From the NCBI GenBank assembly GCA_965262145.1, contig OZ253501.1, forward strand, positions 4,952,268-5,016,267: 64,000 bases of DNA, read 5' to 3'. Made by a program: the position numbers and the translations under genes. Origin of the DNA: Candidatus Latescibacterota bacterium (GTDB lineage Bacteria > Latescibacterota > UBA2968). The first letter of the stretch is position 1. Each line of letters begins with the position of its first letter. Under the pieces are notes generated by a model. It saw only the letters and a program-made list of their open reading frames with translations, was not told the DNA's origin and did no database searches. Shown piece after piece: positions 31,145 through 41,500 of the stretch.

Positions 31145-31334
31145 CTTGATCGGCACAGCTTCCCAAATCATAGTGGGGCCAAGCTGTCCATCTTCGAGTA
31201 TATGGAAGAATGGTATAATCCACACCGCAGGCATTCTGCATTCAGGTATCAGTCACCCATAACCTATGAAAGGCTGATGGCACAGGATGCTTAGGCTGAA
31301 TCTTCTACACTATCCACTAAAACGAGGTGCCTTC
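31145..31334 (+). mobile_element. IS3-family remnant (transposase C-terminus plus right end)
   Basis: Reads LDRHSFPNHSGAKLSIFEYMEEWYNPHRRHSAFRYQSPITYER, then an IS3-like end ...TCCACTAAAACGAGGTGCCTTCA. Confidence 0.75.
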
Positions 31335-32692
31335 ACTCCAAAGCAACTTATGCCCGCATTAAGCCATAGCTGTTGATACTTTTGTCTTGTAAAATAAAAA
31401 AAATCTTTGAAGGTCCAAACGTTGGGATAATTCTGATACTCAGTATCTTGTGATGACTTTAAGGATTCAGGAACAACCAGATTAACTCCTACTGACTCTA
31501 AATTCTCAATAACTGACGATGTCACCTTGTCATCTACAGTCGCGAGAAAGATTTGCCTGTATTGTGTTTCATTAATCACCTGTTGCCATCTTTCCCGCAA
31601 TGTGGTTTTCGCTGCCAGTATCAATGATTGGTCAACACTTAATTCTATGTCTGGCAGAACAAAATCTGGTCGACGTTTACTTACGATTGGTTGTTCAGTA
31701 AATGGGATATCACCATCATTCATCATTACCGCAATATGATTCTCAAAGGATTTCCCAACACGTGAGCGCCTCGACTGAGAAGTCCCCAGCATCAATTTGT
31801 AAACATCATCAATTCGAGTTATGATGATTTCAGCCAGTTCTTCTATACTTATATTTGTACGGTTACCTATCAAAAGATCAATTAACTTTGCTGCAACCAG
31901 TCTGCGCTCAAGTTTCTTAAAAATCTCAAACTGGCGGTGTAAGGTTATCTCTCTTAGGGCATCACCGGGATTAGGAATTACAAAAGGATTTAATGACGCG
32001 TTGTCCGTTGATATGAGGTATTCTTCCCGCGCTTCTTTTGCAATTTCGTTTGTTGATGGCAACTTATATATTTCGATGAGCTTTGCAAGTGTCCTGTGCT
32101 GTAATGCTGAATAAATTTCTGATAGAAGTTCGCCTGTTTCACTTGCAATCCTGTCCTGTAGTAGATATGGTTCTATTATGTCACATGAGAAATCTATCGG
32201 CAATTCAAGTCTTCGCTCTATGTAATCATATTCTTCGGAATGAGAGTCAATTGTTATCGCCTTCCAAATATAGTCATTTCTATATCGATGTTTGGAAATA
32301 AGGAGAAAAGATCCGGGGGATAGACCTGCAAATTCCTCTTTAGGTATCCCAGTAAGATGATATTCGTCTTTACTCTCATAATGGGCGTATCTTGCTGGTC
32401 TCAATACACCGCTTTCAGGCCAGTCTATTGAGAACTGGACATAATGACCCCGGACAAAAGATGGGAAAAAATCTGTGCCCCTTATTTTTTTTGGAATCAA
32501 TACTCCATTTTGGTGTGATCCACCATCCGCCCAGCTACGGTCATTTCGAGATAATTTCTTTAAAAAAATTAAAGATGCATTATCAAGTAAAGATGCAACT
32601 ATGTCAGGGCCGGATTGTACAGATTCAATATTCTCAATATTGTTGAATGGAATTTGGTGCTGAACGGGTCTTCTATAATTGAATTCTGGCAT
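31310..32692 (-). CDS. EcoRII-family type II restriction endonuclease with EcoRII-N-like domain
   Basis: KKLSRND..GGSHQNG, SRRSRVGKSFENH, RPDFVLP, AKTTLRERWQQV motifs. Confidence 0.85.
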   Translation of the reverse strand: MPEFNYRRPVQHQIPFNNIENIESVQSGPDIVASLLDNASLIFLKKLSRNDRSWADGGSHQNGVLIPKKIRGTDFFPSFVRGHYVQFSIDWPESGVLRPARYAHYESKDEYHLTGIPKEEFAGLSPGSFLLISKHRYRNDYIWKAITIDSHSEEYDYIERRLELPIDFSCDIIEPYLLQDRIASETGELLSEIYSALQHRTLAKLIEIYKLPSTNEIAKEAREEYLISTDNASLNPFVIPNPGDALREITLHRQFEIFKKLERRLVAAKLIDLLIGNRTNISIEELAEIIITRIDDVYKLMLGTSQSRRSRVGKSFENHIAVMMNDGDIPFTEQPIVSKRRPDFVLPDIELSVDQSLILAAKTTLRERWQQVINETQYRQIFLATVDDKVTSSVIENLESVGVNLVVPESLKSSQDTEYQNYPNVWTFKDFFYFTRQKYQQLWLNAGISCFGVKAPRFSG

Positions 32693-33904
32693 CTAATTCA
32701 CATCCTGCCTTGTTCTGACAAGCTGGATAAAACTGTTCAAATCCATAAGCCAATCTCGTTGTTCTGGCCTATATGTCTGATGGAGTTCCTCAGGCACAAC
32801 AAGTTGGAGGTTCCTTGCTTTCATCTCATTGGTTTGATTCACAGATATACTTGGCTCGAGTGTCAGGAGATGCTTGTGCTCAATGCGCGCTGCTTCTGAC
32901 AATGCCTGCCGCCAGCGATCCTTACAAGTTGATTTTGCAGCAAGCATTGAAAGCCTCGCAGATGGAAAGTTTTCATCGTGGTAAAATTCAATACCGGGAA
33001 AGAGGAAATCAGGTTTCGCTTTATTCTCGGTCTCCTTACCACGTGAGTATATGATATTAGAATCGACAAAAATGGCTTCAAGATGATTTTCAAGCGCAAA
33101 TCCAGTTCGAGATTTTCTTCTATTCTGCACACTCAAAGAGTAACGGAGGAACTCATCTACATCTTCACTAACAATGTCCGTCTTGAGCTTGTCCGATACT
33201 ATATGTCGCTCCAGAGTCTTGAATAACAACTCTTCACGTTCCATCCAAGAAATGAGCGCAGCATCGGGGTCAGCAGAAACAGCAATGTCACCTATCATTT
33301 CTCTCGCAAACGTTGAAAAAACTCTCGTGGATGGAAATTTACCGTTAAATCGTTTGAGCATTTCATCAAGAAGCCACTCATCACTTGCTGGTGCAATTTC
33401 AATCCCGAGGTCCTCAAGAATAAGTCCTGCAGCAAAACCAATCTGCTCGCTACTTTCAATGGAACGAAATCCAAAACCAAGTTTCAAATCATCTGCAATA
33501 CCAAACAGCCAGAACATCTGACTTTCAAATGAAGTTCCTTTCTTCGCAATAATAACCATCAATGAGTCATCAGGTTGTCTGCCGATGATTAACAAATCAT
33601 CAGCCGCAGCTTTTTTGGATACAGATGTCGTGGGAAAATAGAGTCGGTATTCCGACCTTGTAGGATTCCTCTCTCTTGCATCATACCAAGTCAGATAATT
33701 CTGAGCTTTAGAAATATCTTCTTCCTCGTCTCCAAGATATAAAAAGCGAGCCGGGAAAGTTCTACGGTCACTCCCAAGGATCTGCTTAAGACTGGTTACA
33801 CCGTTAAATTCGTGCTGATTGGACTTTTGTGGGTCTGCTTCAACAATACTTAAGCGTTTCCACACAACACCTTTGAAATAGTCAATAAGTTGTCCCTGTG
33901 TCAT
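32693..33904 (-). CDS. EcoRII C-terminal domain family restriction endonuclease
   Basis: NRRKSRTGFALENHL, KPDFLFP, AKSTCKDRWRQ motifs. Confidence 0.88.
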   Translation of the reverse strand: MTQGQLIDYFKGVVWKRLSIVEADPQKSNQHEFNGVTSLKQILGSDRRTFPARFLYLGDEEEDISKAQNYLTWYDARERNPTRSEYRLYFPTTSVSKKAAADDLLIIGRQPDDSLMVIIAKKGTSFESQMFWLFGIADDLKLGFGFRSIESSEQIGFAAGLILEDLGIEIAPASDEWLLDEMLKRFNGKFPSTRVFSTFAREMIGDIAVSADPDAALISWMEREELLFKTLERHIVSDKLKTDIVSEDVDEFLRYSLSVQNRRKSRTGFALENHLEAIFVDSNIIYSRGKETENKAKPDFLFPGIEFYHDENFPSARLSMLAAKSTCKDRWRQALSEAARIEHKHLLTLEPSISVNQTNEMKARNLQLVVPEELHQTYRPEQRDWLMDLNSFIQLVRTRQDVN

Positions 33905-33929
33905 CAGCGGGCCTCGCTCCCTACAGAAA

Positions 33930-35213
33930 TCAACTGCCAGCAACAGCAGTAATATTTTTTGAGATCAAGGGGATTTCCCTCTGTTTGAGTGTAATATCTC
34001 GCTTTATTTTTATAATATGCGGTTTCATCCGCCTTGCAATGGCCGCAACCACAGGGACAACGACTGCATTGCCAAATTGCTTGTATGCCTGAGTGTCAGA
34101 GACCTTGATTTCAAATTTTGTACTACCGGGCCTATCAAATCCCATCAGGCGAGCACATTCACGGGGTGTCAGCCTACGTGGACGCTTCCTATTCTGCCTG
34201 ATAAGTATTTCTGAGCCGTCTTTATAATACCGAGCAGATAATGTTCTGGCTACATCTTCACGTCCAACTAATCCAAACCCGAACCCATTGCCTTTCCTCT
34301 TATGCTTTTTGGCATAATTCTGTAAATATTCCCAGAGATTTTTTGAAAGCGTGTATTTGCTGGCTACCTTTGCTTTAGGACCCTCTGTATATGGCGAATC
34401 CTCTGCCTCTGTGCCATCTTCGGGATGCAAAATTGCAGACATCTTAGGACCATGTTCAGCAGAAATGAAATCTATATCATCAAATCTGAAACCGGTGTCT
34501 TTGATGAATCCTGCTATGAACACCCTTTCCCTGTGTTGGGGGACATAGCCTTTGGCGTCAACCACTCTGTAATCGTGATAATACCCTAATTCATCAAGTG
34601 TTTCGCAGATAATACGAAATGTTCTCCCCTTATCGTGAGATTTCAGATTTTTTACATTCTCAAGCAAAAAAGCTACAGGTTTATGGTATTTGAGGATGCG
34701 TGCCACATCAAAGAATAGTGTTCCCTGTGTTTTACATTCAAAGCCATGTTTCTGTCCGAGAGCATTCTTTTTTGAAACGCCCGCAATTGAGAATGGCTGA
34801 CAGGGAAATCCTGCAAGCAATACATCGTGCTGGGGAATTTCACTTTCTTCTAACTGCGTAATGTCTCCAGCGATTTCGTGATCGCATTCAAAGTTATCCA
34901 GATACGTTTGCCTTGAAAACTTATTCCATTCGCTTGTAAAGACGCAGTGACCACCTGCGCTCTCAAACCCCATCCTCATTCCACCAATTCCCGCAAATAG
35001 GTCAATAAAATTGAATTCAGGCGATTTCGGCTTGCTAACGACAGACAAATCTACCAGATGGCGCAGCATATCAACAATTAGAGGGTTAGGTGATGATTCA
35101 CCATTCTCCCATCTATATACAGTCCGTTCACTGCATTTGCATCGTTCCGCAACATCCTGAACTGTCCAACCAGCTTTTTCTCGAAGTAATTTAAAATCAG
35201 TATTCTGTGCCAT
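33930..35213 (-). CDS. dcm: DNA (cytosine-5) methyltransferase, Dcm/M.EcoRII-like, with N-terminal XRE HTH
   Basis: FIDLFAGIGG, GFPCQPFS, ENV, PQHRER, TLSARYYKDGSE, QFGNAV; N-terminal HTH (TVYRWENG). Confidence 0.93.
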   Translation of the reverse strand: MAQNTDFKLLREKAGWTVQDVAERCKCSERTVYRWENGESSPNPLIVDMLRHLVDLSVVSKPKSPEFNFIDLFAGIGGMRMGFESAGGHCVFTSEWNKFSRQTYLDNFECDHEIAGDITQLEESEIPQHDVLLAGFPCQPFSIAGVSKKNALGQKHGFECKTQGTLFFDVARILKYHKPVAFLLENVKNLKSHDKGRTFRIICETLDELGYYHDYRVVDAKGYVPQHRERVFIAGFIKDTGFRFDDIDFISAEHGPKMSAILHPEDGTEAEDSPYTEGPKAKVASKYTLSKNLWEYLQNYAKKHKRKGNGFGFGLVGREDVARTLSARYYKDGSEILIRQNRKRPRRLTPRECARLMGFDRPGSTKFEIKVSDTQAYKQFGNAVVVPVVAAIARRMKPHIIKIKRDITLKQREIPLISKNITAVAGS

Positions 35214-35236
35214 TTCGCCTTCTCCTCTGGGAATAT

Positions 35237-35255
35237 TTTTGACATTTTGTCAAAA
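35237..35255. promoter_or_regulatory. Palindromic operator upstream of the methyltransferase
   Basis: TTTTGACA-TTT-TGTCAAAA, 24 nt upstream of the MTase start. Confidence 0.65.
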
Positions 35256-35535
35256 TAATAGCACAAATGAGCACCAATATCAACAAAAATTCGCAGACTT
35301 GAATATACACATAGATGAAAAAAGAGAGAATTATATACAAAGGGGCTAAGAAAAGGATTGCCATCAGGTGGGTTGGTTGCCTTTGAGTGCTTCACAAATG
35401 TGATGTGCCAGATGCTAAGCTGTCTTCTGTGTAATGTTCAAGTCACAATGGCACTTCATATTCGGAGGGATGAGGTGGATGTGTTGGTGGCATAGTGGGC
35501 CACCATTCTAACTGCTGATAAGGTACCCACCAAAA

Positions 35536-35657
35536 CGATGCTGTTGCCGAATTGGTTGAGAGGGAGGGGAAATGGCTATTTGTAGCCTGAATTCAGGCTC
35601 TATAAGCCCTATGTTTATTTGCATCGGGACAGAATTCGGAATTCGGCAACAGCATCT
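35536..35657. mobile_element. MITE-like element, about 120 bp
   Basis: 17-bp perfect IR GATGCTGTTGCCGAATT at 35537-35553 and 35640-35656; AAAA flanks; internal palindrome AGCCTGAATTCAGGCT. Confidence 0.7.
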
Positions 35658-35687
35658 AAAACGGGTCAAGTCCAGTTCTCTCTATAA

Positions 35688-36926
35688 TCAATTTATCTTG
35701 CGCAAATAACGAGTAAAGACCCAGCCTTGAATTTTTACACGAGTCTCTTCATTAGAGTATTCTACCAAGCTCCAATTCTTCTTCTTCTTTTTGATCACAA
35801 CAAGGTCTCCGGCCAATAATCTTCCTCTAATATCCGAATGTCTCGTGGGTCTCGCGCGGACGTTGAGTACTCTTGCGATGACAATTCGGTACCCAGAAGG
35901 GAGGTGGAGACCCTGTCGTTCTGCCTTTTTAATAATCGCGGTCACAGGTTTATGTACGATAGTGGTGGGAACAGTAGTTTGATGGGCAATCTGAAGCCCG
36001 AACACGACGTATAAACATGGCAAAAGGTACTTCTTAAAAGTATCCCAGATAATCATAATCAGGCAACCTTTCAACCAATCAGGCATCTTATTCGGCACTT
36101 CTACGACTTTGCGCCGGAATCGTTCGAGGAACTCAACTCCATCGGCGACTTCTTCATTCTCCAATTCTCTGAAGAGGTCTTCGGTCTGCTTCTTTACTTC
36201 ATCCGTCATCTTTTGTTCAGAAACGGCCTCTTCTTTAAGCAATTCTTCAGCGTATTTCTCGACAAAAGGGAACAGGTTCTGCGAGAAATTAGTGAGCTTG
36301 GAGATGCGGTCTTCCACGTCTTGAAAAGTCTTGAACTCTTGCGACCACCGGTCCCCAAAGGTATTGACCCTTGCCATTTGATCTAAAACAGTATTATTGA
36401 CCCTTGCTATCTGGTCTAAAACAGTATCGACCTGTGACCTTGCCATTTGATCTAAAACAGTATTATTGACCCTTGCTATCTGGTCTAAAACAGTATCGAC
36501 CTGTGACCTTGCCATCTGATCTAAAACAGTATTATTGACCCTTGCCATCTGATCTAAAACAGTATTATTGACCCTTGCCATCTGATCTAAAACAGTATTA
36601 TTGACCCTTGCTATCTGGTCTAAAACAGTATCGACCTGTGGTAACTGGTCTTGAAGGGTCTTGGCCTCTCGTAACCATGGCATCTGGTCTTGAAGCATTT
36701 TGGCCTCTCGTAACCATGGCATCTGGTCTTGAAGCATTTTGGCCTCTCGTAACCATGGCATCTGGTCTTGAAGCATTTTGGCCTCTCGTAACCATGGCAT
36801 CTGGTCTTGAAGCATTTTGGCCTCTCGTAACCATGGCATCTGGTCTTGAAGCATTTTGGCCTCTCGTAACCATGGCATCTGGTCTTGAAGCATTTTGGCC
36901 TCTCGTATCTGTTGGTCGAGTCTCAT
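35688..36926 (-). CDS. Tandem-repeat protein with C-terminal bacterial SH3 domain
   Basis: AGGAG RBS; LNVRARP..WSLVEY..GWVFTRYL SH3b motif; N-terminal repeats. Confidence 0.8.
   Translation of the reverse strand: MRLDQQIREAKMLQDQMPWLREAKMLQDQMPWLREAKMLQDQMPWLREAKMLQDQMPWLREAKMLQDQMPWLREAKMLQDQMPWLREAKTLQDQLPQVDTVLDQIARVNNTVLDQMARVNNTVLDQMARVNNTVLDQMARSQVDTVLDQIARVNNTVLDQMARSQVDTVLDQIARVNNTVLDQMARVNTFGDRWSQEFKTFQDVEDRISKLTNFSQNLFPFVEKYAEELLKEEAVSEQKMTDEVKKQTEDLFRELENEEVADGVEFLERFRRKVVEVPNKMPDWLKGCLIMIIWDTFKKYLLPCLYVVFGLQIAHQTTVPTTIVHKPVTAIIKKAERQGLHLPSGYRIVIARVLNVRARPTRHSDIRGRLLAGDLVVIKKKKKNWSLVEYSNEETRVKIQGWVFTRYLRKIN
36363..36635 (-). repeat. 33/36-bp coding tandem repeat (VNNTVLDQMAR / SQVDTVLDQIAR, 8 units)
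   Basis: Near-identical DNA units. Confidence 0.93.
36636..36905 (-). repeat. 39-bp coding tandem repeat (REAKMLQDQMPWL x6 plus one degenerate copy)
   Basis: Identical DNA units with no spacers. Confidence 0.95.
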
Positions 36927-37083
36927 TGGATCTACTCCTCTTTAGTTCATATTCAAGTCCACAATACCCACACCACTGAATATTGTGTGAAAAAAATTTA
37001 AAAAATACAATATATTGGCGTAAAGCAAGATTAAAAAAATTAACTGAGCAAGTCAAGCAAACAAACGTCAATGGAAAAACCCA

Positions 37084-38471
37084 GGTCAAGTCCAAAAAGT
37101 TCTGTAAAAAGGTAGCTCCGTGATAGGGGTCAGTGATTTTGTTTCAAGTACGTCATGTCCAGATAGCGTCTGCCAGCGATCCACTCGTCAGACCACTCCA
37201 TACACAAGGCGCCGATCAGGCGTTCACAGGCTTGCTCGTTGGGGAAGATCTGGACGACATCAGCCCGTCTTTTGATCTCACGATTGAGTCTTTCCAAAAG
37301 GTTGGTGGTACGGATGCGTTTGCGGTGCTTTTGTGGAAAGTCGAAACAGGTCAGGCAATGCGCCACATCGCGGTCTATTTTATCAACGAGTTTGGGTAGG
37401 ACATTTTCATAGGTGTCCATCATGTCACATAGTCGTTGTTGCGCCGTGTTGCGATCGGGAGCGTTGAAAACGTCTTTGAGCGCATCGGCGACCTGGGTTT
37501 GATGCTTGGGGGGTGTGATGCCTCTGATATTTCTATGAAAGTGTGTTTGACAATGCTGCCAAGAGGCCCCCTGAAAGTGTCGTTTGATGGCATACTGAAT
37601 AAAACCATTTCAGCACATGCTTTGTAAGCCTTTGTGATGATCAGAGATGACGAGTTGCACCCCCTTTAACCCTCTTTTTTTAAGGTTTTTAAACAAGGAT
37701 GTCCAAGTGGCTTCTGTCTCGGTGTGTGCCACGTCGAGTGATAGGATTTCTCGGTGTCCACTCTCTGAGATCCCAGTCACGATTAAGACCCCCTCAGAGA
37801 CGACCTGTCCCCCAGATCGGATGTAGAGATAGGTCGCATCAATGATCAGGTAAGGGTATGCCTGTTCAAGCGATCGCGCCTGCCAGGCCTGGATGTCTGC
37901 ATCAAGTTCTTGACACAGGTCAGACACCTGAGACTTTGAAAAGGAGGTGCCACACAAGGCTTCTGTGATCTTTGTCACTTTGCGTGTGGAGACCCCTTGT
38001 AGATATGCCTCTTGAAGGGCAAGAATGAGTGCTTTTTCACTGCGTTGAAAGCGTGCAAATAACCCACTGTGGAAGCGGCCTTCCCGATCTTGAGGCACGC
38101 TCAGTTCGATACGGCCAACGCGCGTTTTGACTATACGGGGTTTATATCCATTACGGTAGCCCGTACGCTGTGTCGTGCGTTGGTAGGGTTCTGCCTGTAA
38201 AAACGTGCTGATCTCCGCTTCGAGAAACTGCTGGAGGAAGCGTGTCACGGCCTGATTGAGAAAATCAGGGTCATTCAAAAGTGCAGAACGATGTACAACT
38301 GGTCGCAGTCCAGACCAGTTCATTGCTCTGGCGCAGAAATTTTAATATCTTTAGGGTAAGTCATCGTAGCCTCCAAGTTAGGGTTTATACTACTTTGTCA
38401 CCCCTATTTTAAGATTTTTCTCGGAGCTACGGTGACTTTTTTACATTTTACAGAAATATATGGACGCTATC
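37084..38471 (-). mobile_element. IS256-family element, 1388 bp
   Basis: Imperfect 26-bp IRs sharing GTCCA and TTCTGTAAAA; 8-bp target duplication AAAACCCA at 37076-37083 and 38472-38479. Confidence 0.9.
37130..38364 (-). pseudogene. IS256 transposase disrupted by two short insertions
   Basis: RNGYKPR, GVSTRKV, IIDATY, WQHCQTHF, TTNLLERLN motifs; TGA stops near 38320 and at 37610-37612. Confidence 0.88.
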
Positions 38472-38530
38472 AAAACCCATTGACGTTTTTCCTTGCAGGA
38501 CTTTTCTTGAGCTTATTACGAGGACCTGTC

Positions 38531-41500
38531 ATGCAATACATCGCCGACATACACCTGCATTCGCGTTTTGCCCGCGCAACCAGCAAGACCTTGAACCCCG
38601 AAAATCTGTATCGGTGGAGCCTCATCAAAGGTCTAACCGTGGTGGGCACCGGAGATTTTACCCATCCCGTATGGTATGAAGAACTGCGCGACCAACTCGA
38701 ACCAGCCGAAGAAGGATTATACCAACTGCGATCAGATCTCAGGTCAGGTATCGACGCCGAGTTGCCGCCAGCCTGCCGCGGAGAGATGCGATTTGTGCTC
38801 TCGGTCGAAATTAGCCTCATTTACAAAAAAAACGACAAAACGAGAAAAATTCATCACGTCGTCACAATGCCAAATTTTGACGCTGTGGCGCGTTTGAATG
38901 CGCGACTCGGCGCAATAGGCAATCTGAAATCGGATGGACGCCCCATCCTCGGCCTGGACAGCCGGGACCTGGTGGAGATTTGTCTGGAAGCGTGTGAAGA
39001 CGTACTCTTTATACCCGCCCACATCTGGACCCCACATTTTGCGGTCCTGGGCGCGAGTTCCGGGTTTGATACCCTGGAAGAGTGTTTTGAAGACATGCTA
39101 CCCCACATTTTTGCTGTAGAAACCGGCCTATCTTCCGATCCCCCCATGAATTGGCGCCTATCCATGCTGGACAATTACGCAATCGTCTCCAATTCCGACG
39201 CCCACTCCCCGCAAAAACTGGCCCGTGAAGCCACCTGCTTTAACACCGAGCTATCGTTTCGCGGGATGTATGAAGCATTGAAAGACCGCGATCCAACGCG
39301 CTTTACGGGCACCCTGGAATTTTATCCCGAAGAAGGCAAATATCACTTCGACGGCCATCGAAAATGCGATATATGCTGGAAACCCGTGCAAACCCTCGAC
39401 GCAGACGGAATCTGCCCGGTATGTGGCCGCAAATTGACCATTGGCGTACTCCACCGCGTTGAAAAACTCGCAGACCGCGCAGAAGACGACCACCCCGACG
39501 TGACGATGCCCTTTGAAAATCTGATCCCATTGTCGGAAATCATCGGCTCAGTCCTCCAGGTGGGACCTGCGAGCAAGCGCGTGCAATCTGTGTACGAGCA
39601 AATGCTCGCAACACACGGAGCAGAACTAAAAATCCTGCGCCAACTACCCATCGAAGAAATAGCTAAAACAGGAGATCCCCTCATAGCCGAAGGCATTCGG
39701 CGCATGCGCGAAGAAAAGGTTCACATCGCGCCGGGATACGACGGCGTGTACGGCAAAATTCAGGTCTTCTCCGAAGAAGACCGCGCACTTATAAGCGGAC
39801 AAGAATCGCTATTTCACATACCAGTCGCAGAGCCTTCGAAAGAGAAAGCAGAGAACGCGAGCCTGGACAAGAGCACAAAAACCGCGATAGTCAAAGATTC
39901 TCACTTCACACTTCCTCCTTCCCCCTTCCCTCTTCACACTTCTCACTTCCCACTTCTCACTTCACATCAGCAAGCAGCCATAACAATCGACAAAGGTCCC
40001 GTCATCGTAACCGCAGGCCCCGGCACTGGAAAAACCCGGGTCCTCACCCATCGCGTAATCGACCTGATCCAAAACCGCGGCGTATCGCCAGCTTCTATAA
40101 TGGCCGTAACATTTACCAACCGCGCCGCGACTGAAATGTGGGAACGCATCGTATCATTATCCTCGGGAGGCGAAGAACTGGTCCCAATGCGCGTGGGCAC
40201 ATTCCACCGGTTGGCACTGGACCTGCTGCGAGAACACGCCCCCGAGCGATTGGGCGCAATAGCCGATCGCGGAGAAGCCCGTGCCGTATTGCAAGAAGTA
40301 ATCGCCGATATCGATACCGAAATACCGGTTGATGACGCACTCTCCCAGATTTCGCTATGCAAGGCCGAAGGGCAAGGGATAACCGACATCGCCAACCCTG
40401 AACTCCAAACCATTTATACAAATTATCAACACCGCCTGACCGCTTATGGCCTGATGGACTTTGACGACATCTTGCTCATACTCCACGATATACTCTGCGG
40501 CGATATTCTGCGGGCAGTGCAAGCGCGTTTTTCCCATGTACTCGTCGATGAATTTCAAGATGTCAACGCCGTACAATACGCACTAATTCAAAAATTAGCC
40601 GGAGATGGTTCGGGTCTCTTTGTCATCGGCGACCCCGATCAAGCAATCTACGGTTTTCGAGGCGCGAGCGCGGGATATTTTGAGCGGTTAAAATCGGATT
40701 TCTCCGGGGCGACCGAAGTGATCTTACAACGCACATTTCGCTCCACGCCTCAGATTATCTCCGCAGCATCCAGCCTGCTTGGCGGGCGATCTTATGTCCC
40801 GGTACGAGAAGATGGCCCGAACCTGAGAGTCTTATCCACACCGGGCGAAACTGGCGAAGGCATCGCCATCGTAGATGAAATTTCCCGGATGGTCGGCGGC
40901 GCAGACTTATTGCAAGCCAACGAAGAAGGCAAACGCAGCCTGGACGATTTCGCCATCTTGTTCCGCACCGGACGCCAGGCCGACGCCCTGGAAACGTGCT
41001 TCTTACAGGCCGGGATCCCCTATCGCGTCGTCGGACAGAAAAATTATCTGGAAGCGGCTTCAGTACGGCACGCGCTATCGTTTTTTAAGTGTGTCAGGCG
41101 GGATAATCTTTCCGCGACCGACCTATCCGCCAGGGATATAATCGACCTCCTCTCCATCCCCGCATTTGATCCGGGCCGAGAAGCCCGCGCATCAATGCGC
41201 CAGCAAATTCAAAACAACGCGCTATCAGACACTGTACAGGAAAAATTGGACGCCGCGATAGAAGTTGTAGATCGCTTCCGCAATAAAATATCCCACCTAT
41301 CACCCTCAGAACTCATAGCGAAGTGGACAGACGAATTTGCGACATCAGACGATATCGATCTCGAGCGATTGGGCCTATTGGCTCAAGGCGTGGATTCCAT
41401 CGCAGAATTATTAGAAATCGTCACCCTGGGACAGGATGGCGACTTTGTACGTCGTGGAAAAATTGCGCGCCCCGAAGCCGTCACACTAATGACCTTGCAT

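Noticed and set aside
36363-36905. Possible CRISPR array
   Set aside because: Units are contiguous with no unique spacers, are multiples of 3 nt inside an ORF, and no cas genes are present
35664-37094. GGTCAAGTCCA direct repeat flanking the SH3 gene as a cassette boundary
   Set aside because: The second copy is the IS256 terminal repeat, defined by its 8-bp target duplication
37610-37612. Selenocysteine codon in the IS256 transposase
   Set aside because: The UGA lies in a segment that appears inserted relative to the IS256 pattern and within the stem rather than upstream of a SECIS-like hairpin
38432-38530. Longer N-terminus of the EndoQ-UvrD ORF
   Set aside because: Begins inside the IS256 end; homology starts at ATG 38531
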